Assembly: GCA_964016885.1 (NCBI GenBank)
Contig: OZ024744.1
Span: 106,020,001-106,084,000 of the forward strand
Length of the DNA stretch: 64,000 nt
Direction of reading: 5' to 3'
Source of the DNA: Eledone cirrhosa
Lineage: Eukaryota
Shown: positions 15,901-29,958 of the stretch, one piece after another
How positions within the stretch are numbered: position 1 is the first letter of the stretch
Layout of the letters: each line of letters opens with the position of its first letter
The notes under the pieces: generated by a model
Database searches by the model: none
Told to the model about the DNA's origin: nothing
What the model saw: the letters and a program-made list of their open reading frames with translations, nothing else
Made by a program: the position numbers and the translations under genes

Positions 15901-18900
15901 AGGGTTTTATACCAAGATACTATGTGGTACCTTAGATAGATAAAAGCCACAACTACAGGGTTTTATACCAAGATACTATGTGGTACCTTAGGTAGATAAA
16001 GGCCACAACTACAGGGTTTTATACCAAGATACTATGTGGTACCTTAGATAGATAAAGGCCACAACTACGGGGTTTTATACCAAGATACTAACTGGTACCT
16101 TAGATAGATAAAGGCCACAGCTACAGGGTTTTATACCAAGATACTATGTAGTACCTTAGATAGATAAAGGCCACAGCTACAGGGTTTTATACCAAGATAC
16201 TATCTGGTACCTTAGGTAGATAAAGGCCACAACTACAGGGTTTTATACCAAGATACTATGTGGTACCTTAGGTAGATAAAGGCCACAACTACAGGGTTTT
16301 ATACCAAGATACTATGTGGTACCTTAGGTAGATAAAGGCCACAACTACAGGGTTTTATACCAAGATACTATGTGGTACCTTAGGTAGATAAAGGCCACAA
16401 CTACAGGGTTTTATACCAAGATACTAACTGGTACCTTAGATAGATAAAGGCCACAACTACAGGGTTTTATACCAAGATACTATGTGGTACCTTAGGTAGA
16501 TAAAGGCCACAACTACAGGGTTTTATACCAAGATACTATGTGGTACCTTAGATAGATAAAGGCCACAACTACGGGGTTTTATACCAAGATACTAACTGGT
16601 ACCTTAGATAGATAAAGGCCACAACTACTGGGTTATACCAAGATACTATGTGGTACCTTAGATAGATAAAGGCCACAACTACGGGGTTTTATACCAAGAT
16701 ACTATGTGGTACCTTAGGTAGATAAAGGCCACAACTACAGGGTTTTATACCAAGATACTATGTAGTACCTTAGATAGATAAAGGCCACAACTACAGGGTT
16801 TTATACGAAGATACTAACTGGTACCTTAGGTAGATAAAGGCCACAACTACAGGGTTTATACCAAGATACTATGTGGTACCTTAGGTAGATTAAGGCCACA
16901 ACTACAGGGTTTTATACCAAGATACTATGTGGTACCTTAGATAGATAAAGGCCACAACTACAGGGTTTTATACCAAGATACTATGTGGTACCTTAGGTAG
17001 ATAAAGGCCACAACTACGGGGTTTTATACCAAGATACTATGTGGTACCTTAGATAGATAAAGGCCACAACTACAGCGTTTTATACCAAGATACTAACTGG
17101 TACCTTAGGTAGATAAAGGCCACAACTACGGGGTTTTATACCAAGATACTAACTGGTACCTTAGGTAGATTAAGGCCACAACTACAGGGTTTTATACCAA
17201 GATACTATGTGGTACCTTAGATAGATAAAGGCCACAACTACAGCGTTTTATACCAAGATACTAACTGGTACCTTAGGTAGATAAAGGCCACAACTACAGG
17301 GTTTTATACCAAGATACTAACTGGTACCTTAGGTAGATAAAGGCCACAACTACGGGGTTTTATACCAAGATACTAACTGGTACCTTAGATAGATAAAGGC
17401 CACAACTACAGGGTTTTACACCAAGATACTAACTGGTACCTTAGGTAGATAAAGGCCACAACTACAGGGTTTTATACCAAGATACTATGTGGTACCTTAG
17501 ATAGATAAAGGCCACAACTACAGGGTTTATACCAAGATACTAACTGGCACCTTAGATAGATAAAGGCCACAACTACAGGGTTTTATACCAAGATACTAAC
17601 TGGTACCTTAGGTAGATAAAGGCCACAGCTACAGGGTTTTATACCAAGATACTATGTGGTACCTTAGATAGATAAAGGCCACAGCTACAGGGTTTTATAC
17701 CAAGATACTATGTGGTACCTGAGGTAGATAAAGGCCACAACTACAGGGTTTTATACCAAGATACTATGTGGTACCTTAGATAGATAAAGGCCACAGCTAC
17801 AGGGTTTTATACCAAGATACTATGTGGTACCTTAGATAGATAAAGGCCGCAACCACAGGGTTTTATACCAAGATACTATGTGGTACCTTAGATAGATAAA
17901 GGCCACAACTACAGGGTTTTATACCAAGATACTATGTGGTACCTTAGATAGATAAAGGCCACAACTACGGGGTTTTATACCAAGATACTAACTGGTACCT
18001 TAGATAGATAAAGGCCACAACTACGGGGTTATACCAAGATACTATGTGGTACCTTAGATAGATAAAGGCCACAACTACGGGGTTTTATACCAAGACACTA
18101 TGTGGTACCTTAGGTAGATAAAGGCCACAACTACAGGGTTTTATACCAAGATACTATGTGGTACCTTAGGTAGATAAAGGCCACAACTACAGGGTTTTAT
18201 ACCAAGATACTAACTGGTACCTTAGGTAGATAAAGGCCACAACTACAGGGTTTATACCAAGATACTATGTGGTACCTTAGGTAGATTAAGGCCACAACTA
18301 CAGGGTTTTATACCAAGATACTATGTGGTACCTTAGATAGATAAAGGCCACAACTACAGGGTTTTATACCAAGATACTATGTGGTACCTTAGGTAGATAA
18401 AGGCCACAACTACAGGGTTTTATACCAAGATACTATGTGGTACCTTAGGTAGATAAAGGCCACAACTACAGGGTTTTATACCAAGATACTAACTGGTACC
18501 TTTGGTAGATAAAGGCCACAGCTACAGGGTTTTATACCAAGATACTATGTAGTACCTTAGATAGATAAAGGCCACAACTACGGGGTTTTATACCAAGATA
18601 CTATGTGGTACCTTAGGTAGATAAAGGCCACAACTACAGCGTTTTATACCAAGATACTAACTGGTACCTTAGGTAGATAAAGGCCACAACTACGGGGTTT
18701 TATACCAAGATACTATGTGGTACCTTAGATAGATAAAGGCCACAACTACAGGGTTTTATACCAAGATACTATGTGGTACCTTAGGTAGATAAAGGCCACA
18801 ACTACAGGGTTTTATACCAAGATACTAACTGGTACCTTAGGTAGATAAAGGCCACAACTACAGCGTTTTATACCAAGATACTATGTGGTACCTTAGGTAG

Positions 18901-21900
18901 ATAAAGGCCACAACTACAGGGTTTTATACCAAGATACTAACTGGTACCTTAGGTAGATAAAGGCCACAACTACAGGGTTTATACCAAGATACTATGTGGT
19001 ACCTTAGGTAGATAAAGGCCGCAACTACAGGGTTTTATACCAAGATACTATGTGGTACCTTAGGTAGATTAAGGCCACAACTACAGGGTTTTATACCAAG
19101 ATACTATGTGGTACCTTAGGTAGATTAAGGCCACAACTACAGGGTTTTATACCAAGATACTATGTGGTACCTTAGGTAGATAAAGGCCACAACTACAGGG
19201 TTTATACCAAGATACTATGTGGTACCTTAGGTAGATTAAGGCCACAACTACAGAGTTTTATACAAAGATACTATGTGGTACCTTAGATAGATAAAGGCCA
19301 CAACTACAGGGTTTTATACCAAGATACTATGTGGTACCTTAGGTAGATAAAGGCCACAACTACAGGGTTTTATACCAAGATACTATGTGGTACCTTAGGT
19401 AGATAAAGGCCACAACTACAGGGTTTTATACCAAGATACTAACTGGTACCTTAGGTAGATAAAGGCCACAGCTACAGGGTTTTATACCAAGATACTATGT
19501 AGTACCTTAGATAGATAAAGGCCACAACTACGGGGTTTTATACCAAGATACTATGTGGTACCTTAGGTAGATAAAGGCCACAGCTACAGGGTTTTATACC
19601 AAGATACTAACTGGTACCTTAGATAGATAAAGGCCACAGCTACAGGGTTTTATACCAAGATACTAACTGGTACCTTAGGTAGATAAAGGCCACAACTACA
19701 GGGTTTTATACCAAGATACTATGTGGTACCTTAGATAGATAAAGGCCACAACTACAGGGTTTTATACCAAGATACTAACTGGTACCTTAGGTAGATAAAG
19801 GCCACAGCTACAGGGTTTTATACCAAGATACTATGTGGTACCTTAGGTAGATAAAAGCCACAGCTACAGGGTTTTATACCAAGATACTAACTGGTACCTT
19901 AGATAGATAAAGGCCACAACTACAGGGTTTTATACCAAGATACTATGTGGTACCTTAGGTAGATAAAGGCCACAACTACGGGGTTTTATACCAAGATACT
20001 ATGTGGTACCTTAGGTAGATAAAGGCCACAACTACAGGGTTTTATACCAAGATACTAACTGGTACCTTAGGTAGATAAAGGCCACAACTACAGGGTTTTA
20101 TACCAAGATACTAACTGGTACCTTAGGTAGATAAAGGCCACAACTACAGGGTTTTATACCAAGATACTAACTGGTACCTTAGGTAGATAAAGGCCACAAC
20201 TACAGGGTTTTATACCAAGATACTATGTGGTACCTTAGATAGATAAAGGCCACAACTACAGCGTTTTATACCAAGATACTAACTGGTACCTTAGGTAGAT
20301 AAAGGCCACAACTACGGGGTTTTATACCAAGATACTAACTGGTACCTTAGATAGATAAAGGCCACAACTACAGGGTTTTATACCAAGATACTATGTGGTA
20401 CCTTAGGTAGATAAAGGCCACAACTACAGGGTTTTATACCAAGATACTATGTGGTACCTTAGATAGATAAAAGCCACAACTACAGGGTTTTATACCAAGA
20501 TACTATGTGGTACCTTAGGTAGATAAAGGCCACAACTACAGGGTTTTATACCAAGATACTATGTGGTACCTTAGATAGATAAAGGCCACAACTACGGGGT
20601 TTTATACCAAGATACTAACTGGTACCTTAGATAGATAAAGGCCACAGCTACAGGGTTTTATACCAAGATACTATGTAGTACCTTAGATAGATAAAGGCCA
20701 CAGCTACAGGGTTTTATACCAAGATACTAACTGGTACCTTAGGTAGATAAAGGCCACAACTACAGGGTTTTATACCAAGATACTATGTGGTACCTTAGGT
20801 AGATAAAGGCCACAACTACAGGGTTTTATACCAAGATACTATGTGGTACCTTAGGTAGATAAAGGCCACAACTACAGGGTTTTATACCAAGATACTAACT
20901 GGTACCTTAGATAGATAAAGGCCACAACTACAGGGTTTTATACCAAGATACTATGTGGTACCTTAGGTAGATAAAGGCCACAACTACAGGGTTTTATACC
21001 AAGATACTATGTGGTACCTTAGATAGATAAAGGCCACAACTACGGGGTTTTATACCAAGATACTAACTGGTACCTTAGATAGATAAAGGCCACAACTACT
21101 GGGTTATACCAAGATACTATGTGGTACCTTAGATAGATAAAGGCCACAACTACGGGGTTTTATACCAAGACACTATGTGGTACCTTAGGTAGATAAAGGC
21201 CACAACTACAGGGTTTTATACCAAGATACTATGTGGTACCTTAGGTAGATAAAGGCCACAACTACAGGGTTTTATACCAAGATACTAACTGGTACCTTAG
21301 GTAGATAAAGGCCACAACTACAGGGTTTATACCAAGATACTATGTGGTACCTTAGGTAGATTAAGGCCACAACTACAGGGTTTTATACCAAGATACTATG
21401 TGGTACCTTAGATAGATAAAGGCCACAACTACAGGGTTTTATACCAAGATACTATGTGGTACCTTAGGTAGATAAAGGCCACAACTACGGGGTTTTATAC
21501 CAAGATACTATGTGGTACCTTAGATAGATAAAGGCCACAACTACAGCGTTTTATACCAAGATACTAACTGGTACCTTAGGTAGATAAAGGCCACAACTAC
21601 GGGGTTTTATACCAAGATACTAACTGGTACCTTAGGTAGATTAAGGCCACAACTACAGGGTTTTATACCAAGATACTATGTGGTACCTTAGATAGATAAA
21701 GGCCACAACTACAGCGTTTTATACCAAGATACTAACTGGTACCTTAGGTAGATAAAGGCCACAACTACAGGGTTTTATACCAAGATACTAACTGGTACCT
21801 TAGGTAGATAAAGGCCACAACTACGGGGTTTTATACCAAGATACTAACTGGTACCTTAGATAGATAAAGGCCACAACTACAGGGTTTTACACCAAGATAC

Positions 21901-23146
21901 TAACTGGTACCTTAGGTAGATAAAGGCCACAACTACAGGGTTTTATACCAAGATACTATGTGGTACCTTAGATAGATAAAGGCCACAACTACAGGGTTTA
22001 TACCAAGATACTAACTGGCACCTTAGATAGATAAAGGCCACAACTACAGGGTTTTATACCAAGATACTAACTGGTACCTTAGGTAGATAAAGGCCACAGC
22101 TACAGGGTTTTATACCAAGATACTATGTGGTACCTTAGATAGATAAAGGCCACAGCTACAGGGTTTTATACCAAGATACCATGTGGTACCTTAGGTAGAT
22201 AAAGGCCACAACTACAGGGTTTTATACCAAGATACTATGTGGTACCTTAGATAGATAAAGGCCACAGCTACAGGGTTTTATACCAAGATACTATGTGGTA
22301 CCTTAGATAGATAAAGGCCGCAACTACAGGGTTTTATACCAAGATACTATGTGGTACCTTAGATAGATAAAGGCCACAACTACAGGGTTTTATACCAAGA
22401 TACTATGTGGTACCTTAGATAGATAAAGGCCACAGCTACAGGGTTTTATACCAAGATACTATGTGGTACCTTAGGTAGATAAAGGCCACAACTACAGGGT
22501 TTTATACCAAGATACTATGTGGTACCTTAGGTAGATAAAGGCCACAACTACGGGGTTTTATACCAAGATACTATGTGGTACCTTAGATAGATAAAGGCCA
22601 CAGCTACAGGGTTTTATACCAAGATACTATGTGGTACCTTAGATAGATAAAGGCCACAGCTACAGGGTTTTATACCAAGATACTATGTGGTACCTTAGAT
22701 AGATAAAGGCCACAGCTACAGGGTTTTATACCAAGATACTATGTGGTACCTTAGGTAGATAAAGGCCACAACTACAGGGTTTTATACCAAGATACTATGT
22801 GGTACCTTAGATAGATAAAGGCCACAACTACAGGGTTTTATACCAAGATACTATGTGGTACCTTAGATAGATAAAGGCCACAACTACAGGGTTTATACCA
22901 AGATACTATGTGGTACCTTAGGTAGATAAAGGCCACAACTACAGGGTTTTATACCAAGATACTATGTGGTACCTTAGATAGATAAAGGCCACAACTACAG
23001 GGTTTTATACCAAGATACTATGTGGTACCTTAGGTAGATAAAGGCCACAATTACAGGGTTTTATACCAAGCTACTATGTGGTACCTTAGGTAGATAAAGG
23101 CCACAACTACAGGGTTTTATACCAAGATACTATGTGGTACCTTAGG
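983..23146. repeat. 56-bp tandem satellite, ~395 copies, inside the TRAPPC11 intron between coding exons 4 and 5
   Basis: Unit GTGGTACCTTAGGTAGATAAAGGCCACAACTACAGGGTTTTATACCAAGATACTAT (period 56, e.g. 1161 to 1217). Recurrent variants TATG/TAAC, AGGT/AGAT, CAGG/CGGG, CAAC/CAGC. Confidence 0.99.
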
Positions 23147-23529
23147 AGGCCCTGCAAATGATCATAGGCACTTCCCTTCTTATTACTAAGCCATAAAACA
23201 ATTTAAATTAAAAAAATGCCTGGTACTAGTAAATATACACAGACTTCTGACAAAAACTGAGAGAACTGCCAAAGCCAAAGTATCCTGCTAACTTATGTCA
23301 GTATAAAAATTTGATACAAAGTATCCCAGTATTTAGAACAGATACACTGCAACCTTATGTATCATAAGAAGTAGTTAAAGGGTTGGTGTCAGGAAAGATA
23401 TTTAGCCGTAAAACACTGTCACTATACAACCCAGTCAAACCCATGCCAACATGGAAATGGGGAAGTAAACACAATGATGAAAATAAACAAAACAGAAGAA
23501 AAGAGACCATGTAAAGCAATATATAACAT

Positions 23530-23637
23530 ATTATATATACATATATACATATACATATATATACATATATATATATATACATATATATATACATATATAT
23601 ACATATATATATATATATACACATATATATATATATA
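23530..23637. repeat. (TA)n/(TACA) microsatellite at the left flank of the Penelope-like complex
   Basis: Direct reading. Confidence 0.95.
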
Positions 23638-23782
23638 AGAATTGAAATACTAGAGTGTGTTGGAGTTAAACACCCTCTTCGTATTATAGAAATGACAGTA
23701 AAGGTATAGCTCAATGTAATTAAACAGAGCCGAAGAATTATGAAAATAAATCAAAGAAGCCTTCAATACATCAAAAGTCTTT

Positions 23783-23827
23783 ATTAGCCAACAATGTTTC
23801 GTTCTATTAAGGACTCATCAGGGCAAT
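23783..23827 (-). ncRNA. Minimal type I hammerhead ribozyme, stem II mutated
   Basis: Minus strand: attgcc CTGATGA gtcc ttaata gAac GAA ACATTGT T ggctaat. The G>A change breaks the GTCC/GGAC pairing seen in the other two copies. Confidence 0.7.
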
Positions 23828-24056
23828 TAAAGCTATAAGAAGCACTATCAGCCAATACAAGAAGAATATGGAGTGTACATAGATTCAATCATAGGAAAAT
23901 AATCGGGTAAAAAGTAAAAAATTATCAAGTGCTAATTGCTAAGGAAGTAAGTAACATTTTGAACCATATTACAAATATAGTCCAATGCAAAAGCTAGAGC
24001 TAAAACAGAGGTGGTGATATAGAGCGGGTATTATTGTACTATATATAATATAATAT

Positions 24057-24150
24057 AATTGTTTCTACTTTAGGCACAAGGCCAGCAATTACCCAGTGCA
24101 TTACTAGTACTTTATTTTATCGACCCCGTAAGGATGAAAGGCAAAGTCAA
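24057..24150 (-). mobile_element. 5'-truncated SINE family A inserted in the left PLE arm
   Basis: Matches the 3' half of the 172-357 copy; absent from the two homologous UTR copies. Confidence 0.85.
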
Positions 24151-25623
24151 TATAATATAATATAATATAATTAATAATGATAATAATAATAATGTTAAAA
24201 GGCCCAATATACATATATATATATATACATATGTACACACATATACATATATATCTATACACATTTCCATCAATAGAAGCACAAACTAACCCCTATCAAG
24301 AGTTTAAATATAAATAAGAATAATAATAATAAAAATAAAAATAAAAATACAAATGAAAAATACAAATGAAAATAAAATTAAAATATAATGCATATAATAT
24401 TTACAGTATAAAATGAATGATTAAAAGTAAGCATAAAATGTATAATAAACTATATAATTATATAATAATATAATAATATAATAGATAATCTCCAGTTAAT
24501 TTGCACAAACAATATAAATTTTACAATAACAACTAAAATCACAATATTATAATATAATGGCATATAACTTAACAAATCATATAGATTTACATTCAGGGTG
24601 AGAAAAATATTGTACAGAACTAAATTATATTTGAAAAATTATGTTGGAAATATATAAAAACCATTGCAAGAAAATAGATCAAATTTCTATACATTTGGTG
24701 TAAATAAATAAATATTATCCAAACATTACATGAATTATAAAAATGTCAACATACTACAGGATTTACAGAATTTAACATAACATAATGGTACATATAATAA
24801 TTGGTAAATAATAATGATCAGTAGTATGTTTACAAAGAGTGGAATGATATAAAATGTCAATATAAAATATTGAACATAGTATAATATACATAATTACATG
24901 GTTGGTGGAGAGCTGTTTGTGAATAAGAGAATGAGAGTCAGACAGACTACGCACGGTAGTATATATAAATAAAAACATTCAACCGGAAATCAAAAAACAA
25001 AAACAAAAGTATTTACTTAGGTGTTGTATGCAGTTAAGTAAAAATTTTAGGAAACAAACCCGGATAAATGACTAGAAAACCCTATTAAATTAATTAATAT
25101 TGAAAGTAAATAAAATACATAATAAGTCCATACAAATTTAGCTATGGTTTAAGTAATCAAAATCCCCTAATTTAAATATATCACTATAAAAATATATCTG
25201 GAAAAAATGAAATATTCAACTATCAGTTGAATAACGTTATCTAATAAACAGGTTTTAAATAGAATTATGGTAGGCCAATGGGGACAGAAACAAGAAATGT
25301 ATGGAGGATATGAAAGGGCATAAAATCATAATCAACATACTGTATTGTACAATAGAAAGGAGCATAAAAGGGAATTGGATATAATTATAGTATATTTGAA
25401 GGGGCGAGTGACAAGTAAGTATGTGTGTGTGGGGGGGGGGGTTAGTTATTCAAAGAAGAATCCAAATAAAATAAAATATATAATCAGATATAAACTCATA
25501 AGGTGTTAATAGTGAAAATATAAAATTTAAGAAGATAGAAATGGTATGGTAGCCAAAAGATTATGAAAGCTATAATGAAAAGCTGTCAAAAGCCAATGAT
25601 AATATAATATCTACCTGTGATCT

Positions 25624-27449
25624 ATGAGAGTGTCCAGCCTTACACGATCACAGGTAGATATTATACTAGCAGCCCGTAGAACTATCATTAATTTTGAGGA
25701 TACTTTTTGGACCCGTAAAAACACGCCCAATAATTTCGACGTTACAATGGGTTTGAGTGATTCGGCCCAGGTAACTGATCTTGTTGGGTTGTTCCTCCTA
25801 AATGAACTATATGTTACCCTTCCGCACCTTAAAGGCGGACTTTATCGTGACGATGCATTGTTTGTGATTAACTCTAGCACCAACAACGTCGAACATAATA
25901 AGAAGAAGCTTTATAAGTTTTTTAAAAGCTACAACCTTTCGATCACGATAGATAGTAACGATAGAGCGGTCAACTTTTTAGATGTGACTTTGGACTTGGT
26001 CACTAATAGTTTTAAACCCTTCCATAAGCCTAATGAAATACTCTCTTATGTTAGTCCAAATTCTAACCACCCCAAATCTATGATACGCTCTATAATTAAT
26101 GGTGTATCTAATAGGATTTCCACACTCCCTAAAGACGGAGAAACTTTTAATGCACATGCAGAGTACTATAATAATGCCCTAGCTAACTCAGGTTACTCTG
26201 GTAAAATACATTATAATAATAGTAACCTTAGAAAGTCTCTGCTTACTTATAATAATAATAACATAATATCCCATAATATGGCCATGAGTGGGAGTAGAAA
26301 GAATAAGAATCGTAGAAATCACATAGGTGTATCTGAACCCATCCATGGGTTAAGCCACCGGACTCGTGGCAGAGAATCTAATACTTCTAGGAATCAAGTC
26401 GAGCCTTCTGAGCGCTCACCCATTGGTAATACTTTTGTTATACCTAATTCTAATAATGTTGTTTCTACTGATCCTATTATTGGCCCTAATCCTTTTGATA
26501 TGACTCCAGATGGCGGCAAATATACTAGAGGTAGAAACAGAAAGAGACTTAATCGAGTTTCGGCTGATTCTAGTAATGTGGTTTTAACTAATCCTTGTAG
26601 CAACCCAAATCTTAATATTGGGACATTAGATAACGGTAGAGTTGGTAAGGATAAAAATAGAAGGAGACTAAATACTTATTTTAACCCGCCATATAATCAG
26701 GAAGTAGTAACTAACATCCCTAGGTCTTTCTTTTCTAAGAGAAAAACTTCCCTCCTAATAATAAATACCATAGTATTTTTAATAAAAATGTAATTAAACT
26801 TTCATTCTCTACCACCCCTAATATTAGTTCTCATTTAGCTAGCACTAACAATGGGAAAATTAGGGATGGATACTCCTCTCTATGTGCTGTTAGTCAGAAT
26901 AGATCCGTAAATGCCTTACCACCAGAGCAGACTTTATCTCATAGTAATCCTACGTGCGATGTATCACTACTTCAGCCGATCAATAACACCCGGAAGTGTA
27001 ACTGTAGAGTGAGTGCTAACTGCCCTTTAAACGGTAACTGCCTCTCTAAGAACATCGTTTATGCTTGTGTGGTTAAAACTAATTCTTTTAATAGCACGTA
27101 TATAGGCTCTACATCTAACACTTTTAAGACTAGGTTTAATTCTCATATCTTTAATTTTAAACATGTTAAGTTTAAGAATTCTACTTCTTTAGCACACCAT
27201 ATCTGGGATCTTAAGGGGGCTAATATACCATATAGCCTTAGTTGGCGTATAGTAACACGCTCTAATAACCTTTCAACACATACTAAATTTTGCAATCTCT
27301 GTATCCTTGAGACCCACTCTATAATTTTCTCTAGGGAAACCTTACTTAATAGAAAGTCAGAGATATTCTCTTCTTGCCCCCACGCCATTTCAAATTCTTA
27401 CTTTTATTATAAACCTAAAAGTTCTAGTAGTGTAAATTGTATCCATTAG
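25624..27449 (+). pseudogene. Penelope-like RT (C-terminal half) plus GIY-YIG endonuclease; 5'-truncated, frameshift at ~26731-26738
   Basis: RT motifs FDVTMG..D.AQV.DLVG, GLYRDD, VNFLDVTLDL, SNHP, FNPPY. After the frameshift: EKNFPPNNKYHSIFNKNVIKLSFSTTPN, then CNCR..CPLNGNCL, NIVY..YIGST..FKTRFNSH, CNLC..E, LLNRKSE..CPH. This layout matches my recollection of Naiad-clade PLEs. Confidence 0.92.
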
Positions 27450-28322
27450 CTGCTACATTCCCTTACCTTTTAGTTAAGGTTTATTATGTTTACCACCATC
27501 ATTATTATCATTATTATCATTGGCTTTTGACAGCTTTTCATTATAGCTTTCATAATCTTTTGGCTACCATACCATTTCTATCTTCTTAAATTTTATATTT
27601 TCACTATTAACACCTTATGAGTTTATATCTGATTATATATTTTATTTTATTTGGATTCTTCTTTGAATAACTAAACCCCCCCCCCACACACACACACATA
27701 CTTACTTGTCACTCGCCCCTTCAAATATACTATAATTATATCCAATTCCCTTTTATGCTCCTTTCTATTGTACAATACAGTATGTTGATTATGATTTTAT
27801 GCCCTTTCATATCCTCCATACATTTATTGTTTCTGTCCCCATTGGCCTACCATAATTCTATTTAAAACCTGTTTATTAGATAACGTTATTCAACTGATAG
27901 TTGAATATTTCATTTTTTCCAGATATATTTTTATAGTGATATATTTAAATTAGAGGATTTTGATTACTTAAACCATAGCTAAATTTGTATGGACTTATTA
28001 TGTATTTTATTTACTTTCAATATTAATTAATTTAATAGGGTTTTCTAGTCATTTATCCGGGTTTGTTTCCTAAATTTTTTACTTAACTGCATACAACACC
28101 TAAGTAAATACTTTTGTTTTTGTTTTTTGATTTCCGGTTGATTGTTTTTATTTATATATACTACCGTGCGTAGTCTGTCTGTCTGACTCTCATTCTCTTA
28201 TTCACAAACAGCTCTCCACCAACCATGTAATTATGTATATTATACTATGTTCAATATTTTATATTGAAATTTTATATCATTCCACTCTTTGTAAACATAC
28301 TACTGATCATTATTATTTACCA

Positions 28323-28510
28323 CAAGGGCAGTGGATTGGCAGTATCGGTAGAGGGTCGGACGCCATGCTTTCCAGCATAGTTATGTCCCTTTGCGATCTG
28401 AGTTCAAATCCCGCCGAGGTTGACTTTGCCTTTCATCCTTACGGGGTCGATAAAATAAAGTACCAGTAATGCACTGGATATTTGCTGGCCTTGTGCCTAA
28501 AGTAGAAACA
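28323..28510 (+). mobile_element. Full SINE family A inserted in the middle PLE 3'UTR, 14-bp TSD
   Basis: TSD ATTATTATTTACCA at 28309-28322 and 28511-28524; the empty site is visible in the paralogous arm at ~30771-30784. Confidence 0.92.
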
Positions 28511-29395
28511 ATTATTATTTACCAATTATTATATGTACCATTATGTTATGTTAAATTCTGTAAATCCTGTAATATGTTGACATTTTTATAATTCATGTAA
28601 TGTTTGGATAATATTTATTTATTTACACCAAATGTATAAAAATTTGATCTATTTTCTTGCAATGGTTTTTATATATTTCCAACATAATTTTTCCAATATA
28701 ATTTAGTTCTGTACAATATTTTTCTCACCCTGAATGTAAATCTATATGATTTGTTAAGTTATATGCCATTATATTATAATATTGTGATTTTACTGTTATT
28801 GTAAAATTTATATTGTTTGTGCAAATTAACCGGAGATTATCTATTATATTATTATATAATTATATAGTTTATTATATATTTGATGCTTACTTTTAATCAT
28901 TCATTTTATACTGTAAATATTATATGCATTATATTTTAATTTTATTTTCATTTGTATTTTTCATTTGTATTTTTATTTTTATTTTTATTATTATTATTCT
29001 TATTTAAACTCTTGATAGGGGTTAGTTTGTGCTTCTATTGATGGAAATGTGTATAGATATATATGTATATGTGTGTACATATGTATATATATATATATAT
29101 GTATATTGGGCCTTTTAACATTATTATTATTATCATTATTTATTATATTATATTATATTATATTATATTATGTATAGTACAATAATTCCCGCTCTATATC
29201 ACCACCTCTGTTTTAGCTCTAGCTTTTGCATTGGACTATATTTGTAATATGGTTCAAAATGTTACTTACTTCCTTAGCAATTAGCACTTGATAATTTTTT
29301 ACTTGATGATTTTTACCCGATTATTTTCCTATGATTTAATCTATGTACACTCCATATTCTTCTTGTATTGGCTGATAGTGCTTCTTATAGCTTTA

Positions 29396-29440
29396 ATTGC
29401 CCTGATGAGTCCTTAATAGGACGAAACATTGTTGGCTAAT
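29396..29440 (+). ncRNA. Minimal type I hammerhead ribozyme
   Basis: attgcc CTGATGA GTCC ttaata GGAC GAA ACATTGT T ggctaat: intact core, 4-bp stem II, short stem III, GUU triplet, followed by AATAAA. Confidence 0.82.
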
Positions 29441-29483
29441 AAAGACTTTTGATGTATTGAAGGCTTCTTCGATTTATTTTCAT

Positions 29484-29958
29484 TAATTATAGAGCGTATC
29501 ATAGATTTGGGGTGGTTAGAATTTGGACTAACATAAGAGAGTATTTCATTAGGCTTATGGAAGGGTTTAAAACTATTAGTGACCAAGTCCAAAGTCACAT
29601 CTAAAAAGTTGACCGCTCTATCGTTACTATCTATCGTGATCGAAAGGTTGTAGCTTTTAAAAAACTTATAAAGCTTCTTCTTATTATGTTCGACGTTGTT
29701 GGTGCTAGAGTTAATCACAAACAATGCATCGTCACGATAAAGTCCGCCTTTAAGGTGCGGAAGGGTAACATATAGTTCATTTAGGAGGAACAACCCAACA
29801 AGATCAGTTACCTGGGCCGAATCACTCAAACCCATTGTAACGTCGAAATTATTGGGCGTGTTTTTACGGGTCCAAAAAGTATCCTCAAAATTAATGATAG
29901 TTCTACGGGCTGCTAGTATAATATCTACCTGTGATCGTGTAAGGCTGGACACTCTCAT
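29484..29958 (-). pseudogene. Inverted duplicate of the PLE RT fragment
   Basis: Translation identical to the 25624 ORF up to ...MIRSIIN, then fused to the antisense 3'UTR end. Confidence 0.9.

Noticed and set aside
983-23146. CRISPR-like array
   Set aside because: Head-to-tail monomers with no unique spacers, no cas genes, and a eukaryotic intron context. The same applies to 53575-64000.
25624-27449. Selenoprotein-type (UGA readthrough) PLE, or an active two-ORF element
   Set aside because: The Cys codons in the CNCR/CPL/CNLC/CPH motifs are TGT/TGC. The break between the ORFs is a frameshift, not an in-frame TGA, and the RT N-terminus is missing.
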